This document shows positions 47,783-57,766 of a stretch of 64,000 bases of DNA, piece after piece; the first letter of the stretch is position 1; each line of letters begins with the position of its first letter. The position numbers and the translations under genes are program-made. A model generated the notes under the pieces. That model was not told the origin of the DNA, searched no databases, and worked only from the letters and a program-made list of their open reading frames with translations. The stretch is from Escherichia phage nomo: the sequence record MN850578.1. The stretch is one strand, 5' to 3'.

Positions 47783-47982
47783 TATTTAGCTCTCCTTGTT
47801 TTAATTTTGGAAATTTCGTCTGGGTTTATGTTGGCCTTAAATGCAAGGTATCTGTTGAACATATCGGAGCACATGTCTTGGGTGATCCTGGAGGCATACA
47901 CCAGCTTACCTCCCAGATCATACACCTCTAGCCAGTCACCGTATCTGACTACAGGATCGCCACCTTTAGAACATCTGCCCAT
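47782..47982 (-). CDS. hypothetical protein (66 aa)
   Basis: ORF abutting thyX. Confidence 0.4.
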   Translation of the reverse strand: MGRCSKGGDPVVRYGDWLEVYDLGGKLVYASRITQDMCSDMFNRYLAFKANINPDEISKIKTRRAK

Positions 47983-47983
47983 T

Positions 47984-48577
47984 TCAAATACCTTCTAAAA
48001 ACTTTCCTATTTTATACCAGCTATTAGCGGTATAGTCAACACTGACCTTTAACTCCTCAAATTGCTCATAAGGCGTATCTTTTAGGATTTTAATAACTTC
48101 AGGGCGTGAAGCGAATTGGTTCAGGTATTCATGCCTGTCGTCAATTATAACATCTACAGCCACATTTCCCTTGAAATGCGTGGCGTAGAAGCCGTGACCC
48201 TGGGTGTGATCGTCCAGATCCATAAAATCACTAGTCCAACGCTTTAAGAACCTTGATTTAGATGCAAGGTGACCTTTCTTGCATACCGAGATAAATGCAA
48301 GCTTGTGACCACGAGCCACCAAATCTTTCATAACCTCAATAGCCCCCTCTTCAGGCTTAAGAAAGTCGTAGAGGAACGGGTCACTCCAGAAATCAAAAGG
48401 TCCTATGATGTTTTCTTTGGGGCGATCAGGCCAATACTTTGACAGATCGTAATACATTAACCCATTAGAAGGTTTAGTGACTGTCTTACTGGCTGGACCA
48501 TATAAACGCTCCAACCACTCCCACCATGCTGTTCCTGAATCTACCAGTGTCAAATCTACATCAATACCGATTAACAT
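47984..48577 (-). CDS. HAD-superfamily hydrolase (putative nucleotidase/phosphatase)
   Basis: N-terminal IGIDVDLTLVD resembles HAD motif I (DxDxT). Confidence 0.45.
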   Translation of the reverse strand: MLIGIDVDLTLVDSGTAWWEWLERLYGPASKTVTKPSNGLMYYDLSKYWPDRPKENIIGPFDFWSDPFLYDFLKPEEGAIEVMKDLVARGHKLAFISVCKKGHLASKSRFLKRWTSDFMDLDDHTQGHGFYATHFKGNVAVDVIIDDRHEYLNQFASRPEVIKILKDTPYEQFEELKVSVDYTANSWYKIGKFLEGI

Positions 48578-49188
48578 TCTTCTTGGGCCTCTTTAGCATC
48601 AATATACTTGCACACAATCTCCGATGCACATTCCCAAGGTGCACCTTCAGGGTTTACAACATCTAACTCAATTCCTTTTATTCCGTTCTTTTCCAGACTT
48701 AGATAGGTTCTGGAATCATTTCCCCAGTCATATCCGACACGGTGAATACGGAACAACAACAGATCTCCACCTGTGCTGTACGCGTACTCGCTAAGGCATG
48801 CCAGCTCCTCTTTGAATCCACCATCGGAGTAAACAACAACCCCTTTACCTTTAGGGAAATCTTTCTTCAAAGATGCGACTGCGGCTTTACCGAAAGCATC
48901 TTCACCAAAGATAGGTTTAATCAGATTTTCACTACAATGGATCATCCATTCTCGCGGAGAAACATGCTTGCCGTCTATCATTAAGAAAGGGCAAGGCTCT
49001 TCTTTGTAGTGGCGGTCATAAAGTGCATTCCAGAGTTGAGGAGTTACACCAGCTGCCTTAATTGCCACACTGAAGAGCATCTCCTTAACCTCACGGTGGT
49101 GTGAGTTAGGAATAGCTTCCAACAAGAGATCTGCAATGTGATCCTTACCACTGCTGGGTGGGGCGTTAAGAACAATAATATCCATCAA
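48571..49188 (-). CDS. P-loop kinase, putative deoxynucleoside monophosphate kinase
   Basis: N-terminal IIVLNAPPSSGKDHIAD resembles the P-loop of phage dNMP kinases. Confidence 0.4.
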   Translation of the reverse strand: MMDIIVLNAPPSSGKDHIADLLLEAIPNSHHREVKEMLFSVAIKAAGVTPQLWNALYDRHYKEEPCPFLMIDGKHVSPREWMIHCSENLIKPIFGEDAFGKAAVASLKKDFPKGKGVVVYSDGGFKEELACLSEYAYSTGGDLLLFRIHRVGYDWGNDSRTYLSLEKNGIKGIELDVVNPEGAPWECASEIVCKYIDAKEAQEEC

Positions 49189-49388
49189 AAACCTCCGTGG
49201 TATTCTTCAACTGCATCAATAATACTTTTACACTTATCTACCAGCTCGTTAGCCACTACAGCATCGTCTTCCCAAACAGCTTCCTCGATCTGATCAAGCA
49301 ATGATCGCATCTTACCCATCATTTCTGGGATAAAGTCTTCTGAAAAGCTGTCTGGAATTGTTAACTTTAGTGTCATTGCGTTCTCCAA
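49185..49388 (-). CDS. hypothetical protein (67 aa)
   Basis: ATGA overlap with downstream gene. Confidence 0.4.
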   Translation of the reverse strand: MENAMTLKLTIPDSFSEDFIPEMMGKMRSLLDQIEEAVWEDDAVVANELVDKCKSIIDAVEEYHGGF

Positions 49389-49403
49389 TCATACTATGCG
49401 TTA

Positions 49404-49862
49404 TTAGAAGTTTGTTTTTACACGTCCCTTTTCATCAACCTCGTTGTTGGCTAGAAGCGTTACAAAGTCTGTGAAACGGACATGAAGAACTCTTTTCTTA
49501 TCAAGGTATCCTAAAGCCACCCCTGAGAAATTTAGCATCAAAGGGGCTAAAGAAGCTCTGGCACTGAAATGCTGTTGTTCTACCCTTCCAACACCCTTAG
49601 TGTAGGATGGGTTAAGATTGTAAGTTCTGAATCCCAGTTTTGTTGGAGCTTTAGAATTAAAAACAACTTTATAGCGTTTCTTACTCAACTTATGCTCCAG
49701 GATAAGCATTCCCTTATCACCCTTGATAAGTTGAAAATCTGTAAAGTGCTCTTTTAATACGAAAGGTAGTGCCAGTCCCATCGCCTGCCCCCTTTGTACC
49801 GCTGTCTCACCAAAAGCTTTTGCATCAGTAAGTTCTTTGGTCAAGTCTATGCTTTTGATCAT
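49404..49862 (-). CDS. hypothetical protein (152 aa)
   Basis: ORF in array. Confidence 0.45.
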   Translation of the reverse strand: MIKSIDLTKELTDAKAFGETAVQRGQAMGLALPFVLKEHFTDFQLIKGDKGMLILEHKLSKKRYKVVFNSKAPTKLGFRTYNLNPSYTKGVGRVEQQHFSARASLAPLMLNFSGVALGYLDKKRVLHVRFTDFVTLLANNEVDEKGRVKTNF

Positions 49863-50673
49863 ACCTAGTCTCCAAAATGTATTGTAGTTCTTTCTTACCT
49901 ATACTCTTCATTCCGGCAGTCTTACCTGCTTCTTCTTGAAAAGAAGAATAGCATTCAGCAAACACTCTGTCAACACCGTCAACTAAAGATTTTATGAAAT
50001 ATGTTGATTCTTCAGATTTTGGGTCATCCTCCCCCAATACTTTTCCAGCATTATACCCAACACGTCTTACACAGAAGTCGTAGTCATCTGGAGTGCTAAA
50101 AGAAAATAACTTATTCTCCCCAATCTCTACAGGATCCCTGTTGCACGCCTTTTTCTCCCAAATTTGGAAAACACACGGCACGTCATAAGGTTTGCCATTA
50201 AGTAGAAACGAGTTCTTAGGGCACCTTTCACTGTAGACAAGGTGCATCGACATGTCCAGTTTGTTTGCAAAAAATATTTTTTCAAATGTCCGTGGCAAGA
50301 TGAAGGCTATAGCCCCTCCAAGCTCTAGCAATGATGCACAATGGTTAAAGAATTTGCAAGCTAAAGATGAATTCTTGCCAAATGGTGGGTTACCTATGAA
50401 GACATCTGCCTTGGGATGCACCTCCAAGAAGTTTGCCTGAATGCACGGTGTTGGTCCTTCAAATTCAGGATCTGGTACTAGATCGTAAGACAGTATCTCT
50501 GAAAATAGTTTTGAAAAAGAACCCCTTCCAGCAGAAGGCTCAACGTATGCACAATTTCCATACTTATCTTTTACTTTACCAACAAGATATTCTGCATACT
50601 CAGGGTTTGTGTAATATTTGTCGTTGGACTCTTTCTTGCTCAAAGTGCCTCCAAAAGGAAAAGGGAGGCGCAA
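49825..50673 (-). CDS. DNA adenine methyltransferase (NPPF-type)
   Basis: VFIGNPPFG motif IV and N-terminal YYTNP segment. Confidence 0.55.
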   Translation of the reverse strand: MRLPFPFGGTLSKKESNDKYYTNPEYAEYLVGKVKDKYGNCAYVEPSAGRGSFSKLFSEILSYDLVPDPEFEGPTPCIQANFLEVHPKADVFIGNPPFGKNSSLACKFFNHCASLLELGGAIAFILPRTFEKIFFANKLDMSMHLVYSERCPKNSFLLNGKPYDVPCVFQIWEKKACNRDPVEIGENKLFSFSTPDDYDFCVRRVGYNAGKVLGEDDPKSEESTYFIKSLVDGVDRVFAECYSSFQEEAGKTAGMKSIGKKELQYILETRYDQKHRLDQRTY

Positions 50674-50689
50674 GCCTCCCTATACTTGA

Positions 50690-51679
50690 TTAGATTATCT
50701 GAATCAGGGTGTTTTTCATTTCTTCTCTGGTACGGATGTTGTTACGGTCACGAACAACAGATCCACAACCTTCGCAGCGATATGTTTTAAATGCACTCAG
50801 TTGAGTATACGCCAAAGCTTCTTCCTCGTGAAGGTGTTCTCCACCGCAGCGTGGGCAACGAACTTTTGGCTCCTCATCATGGTAGTACAATGACATGTTG
50901 GGGTGCTGCTTAGCAAACGGGCGTGCCAGCAAATACAGGCCTTCCAGAGATAGGATATCACCAACATTGTACTCCCGCATCTGTTTAAACGCCTCAAGAT
51001 CACCATGAACACACTTGATCCACATTTCAAATGTGTGGTCAATCAGTTTCTGTCGGGCAAGTTGGAAGTATTTGCATGCATACTCCAAAGTGTTTGCATT
51101 CAAACGGAATGCCTTCTTGATCATTTTAAGGGTGTCAACCTCTTTGTATGGGCTTGTTGGAGGCAACCCGTGAAATGCAAATCGTTGGTTTGCCCACCCA
51201 CAGTCAAAACCTGAATTGTGGGCTACTGCGACATCACATTTATCCAGATAATACCACAAGTCCTGAATCAATTCGAGGTCATTGTGAATATCCTCATCCC
51301 ACATTTTGTAATCGGGAAGAGCGCAGTCAACCACACTAGGACTGTCTAACCACTTACCTGCGAAAGTTAGCATATAGGGCATAATTTCAATACCGCAGGT
51401 TTGAATGTTGGTCTTATAGTGCCCAAAGAACCAGCCGTTTGTTGGTGATGTTTCTGTATCATACACCCAAACTTTAGCTCCTTTGTGTTCTTCAAGGAAG
51501 CGCTCCGTTGCTTCTCCTACAATCTCTGACATATTCTCTTGTGCACGTTTAAGCTGTAGTCGGATCCAACTCTCACGTGACTCACGGCCTAAAAATTCAC
51601 GAGCAATTTGTCTATTAGTGTATCCCTGCTGCTTTAGTGTTAAAATTTGCTCAAGAGTTAACTTTGTCATCATCGTCAA
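50690..51679 (-). CDS. DEDD-family 3'-5' exonuclease with N-terminal HTH and C-terminal zinc ribbon
   Basis: VWVYDTETS (Exo I), AHNSGFD (Exo II), C-terminal CPRCGG...CEGCG. Confidence 0.5.
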   Translation of the reverse strand: MTMMTKLTLEQILTLKQQGYTNRQIAREFLGRESRESWIRLQLKRAQENMSEIVGEATERFLEEHKGAKVWVYDTETSPTNGWFFGHYKTNIQTCGIEIMPYMLTFAGKWLDSPSVVDCALPDYKMWDEDIHNDLELIQDLWYYLDKCDVAVAHNSGFDCGWANQRFAFHGLPPTSPYKEVDTLKMIKKAFRLNANTLEYACKYFQLARQKLIDHTFEMWIKCVHGDLEAFKQMREYNVGDILSLEGLYLLARPFAKQHPNMSLYYHDEEPKVRCPRCGGEHLHEEEALAYTQLSAFKTYRCEGCGSVVRDRNNIRTREEMKNTLIQII

Positions 51680-51685
51680 AATTCC

Positions 51686-51907
51686 TTAGTAAAACTGAAG
51701 AATGTCTTTTAAAGCGAAGTCACGATATTCGCCCTTGTCTACATCAAAGGCATGCATCAACCACTGCTCTTCTTTATGATACTCTGTAGAGCCAAACCAT
51801 AAATTAGGCTCAGTAACGCAGCGATCTGCAACAACACCTTTCCAGTTACGGTATTTCATCCTGATCAGGACTGAGTCGCAAGGATTGAATACCTTTTTCA
51901 TCCCCAT
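51686..51907 (-). CDS. hypothetical protein (73 aa)
   Basis: ORF overlapping 3' end of upstream gene. Confidence 0.35.
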   Translation of the reverse strand: MGMKKVFNPCDSVLIRMKYRNWKGVVADRCVTEPNLWFGSTEYHKEEQWLMHAFDVDKGEYRDFALKDILQFY

Positions 51908-52451
51908 AGAAATCTCTCTCCTCAGTTTTCTTTATAAACTCCTGCATGTAGGACTCAATAGCCTCATGCTTGGTGCACTCTGGATTAATGACAAGATTGA
52001 GATCTGATTCTGCTCGTGCAATAATCGTAGCTTTAGAGCATCTCCTCAAGAACTTTGTCATATCATCTCTGTAGTTTTTGTGGAGCGGGAAGTCGCTGTA
52101 GTCTTTCTCCAGATAGTCAGCCATCCGGCGCAACGCCTCTGATAAACTGCAATCTGTATACTCGTTACAGTATTTCATCCAGTATTTAAGCACATACCCC
52201 TCAAAGGTATTAGTGCACTGAGACAAAACACCCCTGCAACGACCAGTCAGATGATCATGATCTAAACAAGGCTTACGGAGTGGCTCGCACAAGATCGGAT
52301 CAAGACCATCCTGCTCCTCTGACAATTCTTTTCGAAAGTTGGCTATGTCCTTAGAATCTTTTAGCCACCCGCTATGAACGGGGGCTTTGACAGCTTTCTT
52401 TCTTATTTTACGCTTTGCGATAACCCCTCCAGATGCGCCCTGCCTATCCAA
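51846..52451 (-). CDS. endonuclease VII-like (His-Me finger) junction-resolving nuclease
   Basis: CEPLRKPCLDHDHLTGRCRGVLSQCTN resembles T4 endonuclease VII Zn/HDH core. Confidence 0.55.
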   Translation of the reverse strand: MDRQGASGGVIAKRKIRKKAVKAPVHSGWLKDSKDIANFRKELSEEQDGLDPILCEPLRKPCLDHDHLTGRCRGVLSQCTNTFEGYVLKYWMKYCNEYTDCSLSEALRRMADYLEKDYSDFPLHKNYRDDMTKFLRRCSKATIIARAESDLNLVINPECTKHEAIESYMQEFIKKTEERDFYGDEKGIQSLRLSPDQDEIP

Positions 52452-53032
52452 TAAGCATCTGCGAGATCGGCCTTACCTTGTACCAAATTGATCCCATCTA
52501 GGAACCCTGGTTCAGATACTTCGCAGGCCTTAACCATCAACTTTTTATCCATCGTAACAGGTTTCTTCACAGTATGCTCTTTACCTGTCTTTTTGTCAAG
52601 CTTTTTCTTCTCCTCAAAAGCAAGTTCTTCAGGAAGATGACTACGAGCAAACTTTTTGGCAGTTGTTGGTGTCACTGTGTGAACCTTAAACAGGCCGTCA
52701 TTTTCACAATCAGCTAAAGCATCCCAAAGCATAACTTCGAGACCGTAAAACAACCCAGCCAGTTCACGTGTGGCATCCCCGCGAGATCCGAAGGAAAGTC
52801 CTTCCATAACCACGGTGTCAACTCCGTGCGTGTGGATATAATATCTGACCTGTTTGCAGATCCAGTCAATACGCTCAGCAGCTGTTGCAAAAGAAACCGT
52901 CCCTGGTTTCTTCTCTTTTGCAGATGAGCTTTGAGTTCGTAACACAACCTTATGAACAGGCTTTCCATCGTCCCATACAACGCAAGCTGTGTGTGTCAAC
53001 GACTGGTCTATGGATAATAGACGCTCTCTCAT
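52403..53032 (-). CDS. RuvC-like Holliday junction resolvase
   Basis: N-terminal LLSIDQSLTHTACVV, VVMEGLSF and DLADAYWIGR segments match RuvC catalytic D/E/D positions. Confidence 0.55.
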   Translation of the reverse strand: MRERLLSIDQSLTHTACVVWDDGKPVHKVVLRTQSSSAKEKKPGTVSFATAAERIDWICKQVRYYIHTHGVDTVVMEGLSFGSRGDATRELAGLFYGLEVMLWDALADCENDGLFKVHTVTPTTAKKFARSHLPEELAFEEKKKLDKKTGKEHTVKKPVTMDKKLMVKACEVSEPGFLDGINLVQGKADLADAYWIGRAHLEGLSQSVK

Positions 53033-53364
53033 ACTTCCTCATCCTCCTCTCCTTCATCAGGAGCATAAGCCTTATCTTTGAACAAGACGAGAGAGCAAAG
53101 CTTAACATCTGTTTCCACACTGGTGAACATGCATAACCGCTCGCCCTCAATCAGTTCACAATCCTCTTTTAAAACAGCAGACCATACACGGTCATCTGCG
53201 TAATCATCAGTGTACAGGATGTATGAAATGGTGTCATCTTCATACAACCGCCACATACCTGTGGCAACAACGAATGTATTTTTTGTTTTAAGTGTCCCTG
53301 TTGTATGATCATCCTCAAAAACAGCTTCCATAATTGCACTATCTACAGAATTTTTAGTCATCAA
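53029..53364 (-). CDS. hypothetical acidic protein (111 aa)
   Basis: ATGA overlaps on both sides. Confidence 0.45.
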   Translation of the reverse strand: MMTKNSVDSAIMEAVFEDDHTTGTLKTKNTFVVATGMWRLYEDDTISYILYTDDYADDRVWSAVLKEDCELIEGERLCMFTSVETDVKLCSLVLFKDKAYAPDEGEEDEEV

Positions 53365-54500
53365 ATTGCTCCAACATTTCTAAGAACGTTAACAAGTTTT
53401 GTTTGATCATTGAATGTTCGCTTCATATACAAACAGTCAAAAATTATACTCATCCACTGACCTACGGAAATTCTACGATCAACACCATTGAAGTCAGTAT
53501 ACTTAACAACACCTTTCGGGAACCACTTCTTGTACTGATCAATAATAGCCACCCACATCTCCTTTGGAGTGCTGCACTGAGACAGTAGGTAGAATGCTGA
53601 GGCATCCCCGAACTTACCCTTACCGATAAGTCCTTGATACGGCTTGATATTGTCGGCAGAGTCACCACACAGCATTTGGTATCCGAAGAACAGCATTCCG
53701 TAACCACCAACCTCTCCATTAGGCTTCATGAAGATGTTCCCCATACCGTTATCGATCAGCATAGGGGTTTCCCTTACAAAATCTCCCTTATCGTTTCGCA
53801 TGGGATCGAACACAAGCCCCGGCAGTGTTCTTTGGTCCTTATCAATAGAGATAATAAACTTGTTGAACTTACCTGTTTTTTGGTAGTGGTTCCAACCTTC
53901 AAATTGCTGGATAGCTAACCAGTCGTCAGCCTCGATACCGTTGATCACTTGAGCATTATACTGCTTTTGGAGATACTGTCTTGCATCTCCAAGCAGCAGT
54001 GGTCGAAGAGTATTGTTACGGTTGGCTTTATATCTTTCCGGCATGGGAAGATCTAGTCTGAAATTACCTGTGCCTCCAAGTACCCCCACGCACCGATCTT
54101 CCGGAATACCGAGATAATTAAGGACTGCATTCGCTTTACACTTAATTGTGTGCAAGCAGTTCTCTACAGGATCAGGGGTTTGGATATCCAAGACATCGAA
54201 ATCTTCTCGTGTCCACGGAATAAACTCCTTGCCAGCCTTTTTACATGCAGCTTCACGGTTGGTATTCTCAGCTTTTAACCAACCACCAACTGTGTTCTTC
54301 TGCCGCCCCCAGAACTCTGTTCGTGTTTTAAACATCTTCTTACGTCCGGAGGCTTTGTGTGTTACCTCAATTGTCCTTTTTTCACAACTTGCTGCAGCTT
54401 GATATGCAACCTGATCGAAGTCATAATAAACTATAGCGTCAGGTTCAAGAAGATCAGCCAGACAATCTATGGACTCAATAAGTGGATATTCTCTACTCAA
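53361..54500 (-). CDS. RNase H / flap endonuclease (5'-3' exonuclease family, T4 rnh-like)
   Basis: GIEADDWLA and MLCGDSADNIKPY resemble FEN-family acidic-cluster and H3TH motifs. Confidence 0.55.
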   Translation of the reverse strand: MSREYPLIESIDCLADLLEPDAIVYYDFDQVAYQAAASCEKRTIEVTHKASGRKKMFKTRTEFWGRQKNTVGGWLKAENTNREAACKKAGKEFIPWTREDFDVLDIQTPDPVENCLHTIKCKANAVLNYLGIPEDRCVGVLGGTGNFRLDLPMPERYKANRNNTLRPLLLGDARQYLQKQYNAQVINGIEADDWLAIQQFEGWNHYQKTGKFNKFIISIDKDQRTLPGLVFDPMRNDKGDFVRETPMLIDNGMGNIFMKPNGEVGGYGMLFFGYQMLCGDSADNIKPYQGLIGKGKFGDASAFYLLSQCSTPKEMWVAIIDQYKKWFPKGVVKYTDFNGVDRRISVGQWMSIIFDCLYMKRTFNDQTKLVNVLRNVGAI

Positions 54501-54801
54501 AGACCCTCCTGTTAGTTATTCTGCAAGATGGTTGGATGCTGTAATGGAATGCATCATCACTCTCTGCAATAAGTGACTCAACATCCCAATACTTTTCAAA
54601 AAGGAACGGATTAGACCCCCAGTGGTGGGTTATTTTCATCAAGGAGTCTGGTATCATATAACCACAGATCTTAATTACATCGCCAGGTTGAATTGTGTTT
54701 TCATGAAGGTTGCTTGCCTTCTTCAGAATCATACCTTTATGATTCTCGTTTGCATACAACTGGACAATATCTTTATCTTCAACAATAAAAATTTTAAGCA
54801 T
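54493..54801 (-). CDS. hypothetical protein (102 aa)
   Basis: ORF in array. Confidence 0.45.
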   Translation of the reverse strand: MLKIFIVEDKDIVQLYANENHKGMILKKASNLHENTIQPGDVIKICGYMIPDSLMKITHHWGSNPFLFEKYWDVESLIAESDDAFHYSIQPSCRITNRRVFE

Positions 54802-54860
54802 ATCTAGTTCTCCTAGTTTATAGATATCTGACCGATAATATCAGATTAATAACACTTTTG

Positions 54861-55154
54861 TCAAGACTTTTTAGTCTTTCTTGGAGAGCTTTTTGTTGAT
54901 CTTTTCCTTTTGTGGTAGATTCCAAGTGCAGCGTTTTCTTGGGCGCACGTTTTAACAGTTCTCAGAGAAGAACTTTCAGCTTTAGGCAGGTTTAACTCCC
55001 ACCAACCGAGCCAGTAAAGTTCTGATTCCGACAGCTGCTCAGATTCAGCCTTCCGATACAATGATTGCATACCTCTAATGATGTCGTCCAGAGGTGTATC
55101 GAATACAAAAGCTGTCTTATCGAATTTCTCTTTTACAGGTCTCTTAGCCATCAA
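54861..55154 (-). CDS. hypothetical basic protein (97 aa)
   Basis: ORF; Lys/Arg-rich C-terminus. Confidence 0.4.
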   Translation of the reverse strand: MMAKRPVKEKFDKTAFVFDTPLDDIIRGMQSLYRKAESEQLSESELYWLGWWELNLPKAESSSLRTVKTCAQENAALGIYHKRKRSTKSSPRKTKKS

Positions 55155-55590
55155 GGTAACCCTCTATCCACGAAAAGTCAGTCTTCCATTCTGGAACTTT
55201 ACTAAGCTCACGCCACTCTGCAAAGCAGTCTCGGTAATACGCCTCTGCCATACTCTTGGTGATCTTATTCACCTTAGCCAACTGATTAACTGCCTGAGCA
55301 TACTTTCCACGGATATTTGCTAACCCAGGATGCACCGATGTGTGACAATCCGGGCACAGTGCTATCAGTCCGACAAGCCGGATCACTCCCTCTTCGAAAG
55401 TGTAAAGTTCATGACACTCCACTGGGTGTTTGCTGCCTTTACCGCCGCACACCTCACAAGTGTAGTTGGCTTCTCTATAGCACTTCTTACGTATCTTATC
55501 CCACTCACTCTTCTTCACAGCGTTTCGGAGGTTATTATACCAAGCTGTTTCTGGGATCAGTTGCACAATAAGCCTGCGTTCAGACTTCAT
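55144..55590 (-). CDS. zinc-finger protein, possible HNH-type nuclease; start uncertain (55590 or 55659)
   Basis: CEVCGG...H...CPDCH pattern. Confidence 0.3.
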   Translation of the reverse strand: MKSERRLIVQLIPETAWYNNLRNAVKKSEWDKIRKKCYREANYTCEVCGGKGSKHPVECHELYTFEEGVIRLVGLIALCPDCHTSVHPGLANIRGKYAQAVNQLAKVNKITKSMAEAYYRDCFAEWRELSKVPEWKTDFSWIEGYLDG

Positions 55591-55618
55591 TAAACGTCCG
55601 TCTTCCACGTGTTCTCTC

Positions 55619-55825
55619 TCATTCAAAGAAATGGGTGCGAGGGCAGGAACCTGCCTCACCTTGTTTCACAAGCTCGTAGAGCTCACCTTGACTTGTCTCA
55701 TAAAGGCAAATACGTTTACCATTGTCCCGATATACATCGACAAGATACGCTGTTTCACCTGCAAACACGACACCACAGGACAGACATGCTACCATGAACA
55801 AAATTGCCAACAGAAAATCTTTCAT
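55619..55825 (-). CDS. small secreted protein or lipoprotein (68 aa) downstream of endolysin
   Basis: Signal peptide MKDFLLAILFMVACLSCGVVFAG with possible lipobox. Confidence 0.4.
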   Translation of the reverse strand: MKDFLLAILFMVACLSCGVVFAGETAYLVDVYRDNGKRICLYETSQGELYELVKQGEAGSCPRTHFFE

Positions 55826-55888
55826 GGTTAAGCCCTCCTAAACATTTTATGAGGTAACAATACCACGTCCGTGTGGTTATGTCAATGA

Positions 55889-56359
55889 TCAATCAAGGAC
55901 AACACCGCCTGCCTTTTTAAACACCTCGATCAACTTCTCGATCTTCTGTTCATGCTGACCATATCCAGCACCAGGTAACGAAGCCCAGCGGGAACGGCAT
56001 TTATGGATAGCCTCGTGGATACGCCCTTCGTCAATGTCGGCGAGAGCCTTGCACTCACGGATCAGTTGCAACGCAATCTTGTCCTGACTGGCGGGGCCAA
56101 AATCTGGCAATCCTAACTGTTCCATGTAGTGTTTAGCAAACTTCTCCAAAACCTGGTAACGACCAGCAGCGGAGGAGGTAAGTTTAGCATTTAGCTTAAC
56201 GTACACACCTGGATGCTTGCTGTAATCGCTAAACAGCTTGCCACCAACTATGACATCGTATCCCCGATCCTTAGTGGGTTGCCTACCATTATCTGTGCCT
56301 TCCGAATATGCGATCATGTCCAAGAAAGCTTTTCGTTGAACATTTTTATCAAGTTTCAT
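55889..56359 (-). CDS. endolysin, lambda R-type lytic transglycosylase
   Basis: QRKAFLDMIAYSEGTDNGRQ...GYDVIVGG...RWASLPGAGYGQ closely matches lambda R lysozyme. Confidence 0.9.
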   Translation of the reverse strand: MKLDKNVQRKAFLDMIAYSEGTDNGRQPTKDRGYDVIVGGKLFSDYSKHPGVYVKLNAKLTSSAAGRYQVLEKFAKHYMEQLGLPDFGPASQDKIALQLIRECKALADIDEGRIHEAIHKCRSRWASLPGAGYGQHEQKIEKLIEVFKKAGGVVLD

Positions 56360-56482
56360 TTTTCATACTCTCCAGTTTACTCATAACTAACACGATCAAC
56401 AACACTACACAGTGTGGTTATGTAGGTGCCGATTGAAAACCATCATTCAATTGGCTACCGTTACCTACTGAACCTTCCTACA

Positions 56483-57766
56483 TCATTCAAGCACCTCCCA
56501 AGTGTCTGGGTTAACATTTCGGACGCAGATACCGACAGGGAATTGGTAGTTGTTGTCTTCTGTCCTTGCTTGGTATTTGAAGGTGACAAACTTGCCGATC
56601 ATTTCCTGCATCCTGTCATAGCTACGCTCCTCGTGCGTGCCTTTCATCTTCATTTTAACAACAACACCTTCCTTGTCAACACAGATAAGAACACCTTCAT
56701 CATTCTTATCTTTCTCAACGTCAATAACTTTCACCTCTGCGTCGTTGAACTTTTTCCATTTCAATGCTTCAGATGTTCGCTGACCATACTCATATTTACC
56801 GCAGAAATTACGCATGATAGTACCTTCATATCCTTCGGACATGAATATACCAACAGATTCTTCGCAATGATCAACTGTGTACGCAAGCTCTGCGTCAACA
56901 ACCTTGATATGATCAAGCATCAGAGTGGTAACGGTATCCTCTGCATCCATAAGATCCTTGCAGCGTCCAGACTCTGTTTCTGGATCCCACCACACCTTGT
57001 CGCTAGGAATATCAAAAATGTGATACTCCAGATCGTAGCTACAGTATCCACCGTAACGCAAATCATCACGAACAGGCTCAACATCGACAGGAATATCTAC
57101 CTTGTTGAAGTTTTTGTATGTTGATAAGCCTGCCTTAATTGCTGCATGACGGCGTTTTTTATCTGCCTCATAGTCTTTATCGATCTCGGCCTGAATCTCT
57201 TCCTGTGTGCGCCACCGTTTAGCAAGAGACACTATTTTCTGCAAAGGAAGACCATGAATGTATAGTTCCCCATCAAGTTGTTTAATCCCAGTGGTAGAAT
57301 GGAAAGAACGAAGTTGCTCTAAAAGCTTTCCTTGAATAGGGTAGGACTTATTACCACGGGAAATAAATTTAGGCTCACCATTTTGGAAAACAACAAGCAG
57401 ACGAAGGCCATCTAACTTACGCAAGATCCAGCAAGGTAATTTAAGTGCCTTGCCACGCTTCAGGTAGTCATGCACCAGCATAGGTAAAAGATCAACACCC
57501 TGCTCGCAATCTTCCATGTTTTCAACATACCCCAGACGGACTTGTTTTTCCCACTTGCTGATAGCCTCAAGCTCGGCCTGTTGCTCAGCTGTAGTCTCGT
57601 TGGCACGACCTACGTTTTTAGGTGTACATACCGTCTCTTTGTACTGCAATTTACCGTCAAGCTTGCCAAACTCTACGATAACCTTTTCGCCATCAGTGAA
57701 TACTTTCCACTGTTGGTAGCTGCCATCTTTGTTCAGTGCGTACAGTGTTGTTTTGATTTGATGCAT
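56483..57766 (-). CDS. ATP-dependent DNA ligase
   Basis: Nucleotidyltransferase motif I KLDGLR, motif III DGELYIHG, motif IV EGTIMR, motif V LKWKK. Confidence 0.7.
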   Translation of the reverse strand: MHQIKTTLYALNKDGSYQQWKVFTDGEKVIVEFGKLDGKLQYKETVCTPKNVGRANETTAEQQAELEAISKWEKQVRLGYVENMEDCEQGVDLLPMLVHDYLKRGKALKLPCWILRKLDGLRLLVVFQNGEPKFISRGNKSYPIQGKLLEQLRSFHSTTGIKQLDGELYIHGLPLQKIVSLAKRWRTQEEIQAEIDKDYEADKKRRHAAIKAGLSTYKNFNKVDIPVDVEPVRDDLRYGGYCSYDLEYHIFDIPSDKVWWDPETESGRCKDLMDAEDTVTTLMLDHIKVVDAELAYTVDHCEESVGIFMSEGYEGTIMRNFCGKYEYGQRTSEALKWKKFNDAEVKVIDVEKDKNDEGVLICVDKEGVVVKMKMKGTHEERSYDRMQEMIGKFVTFKYQARTEDNNYQFPVGICVRNVNPDTWEVLE

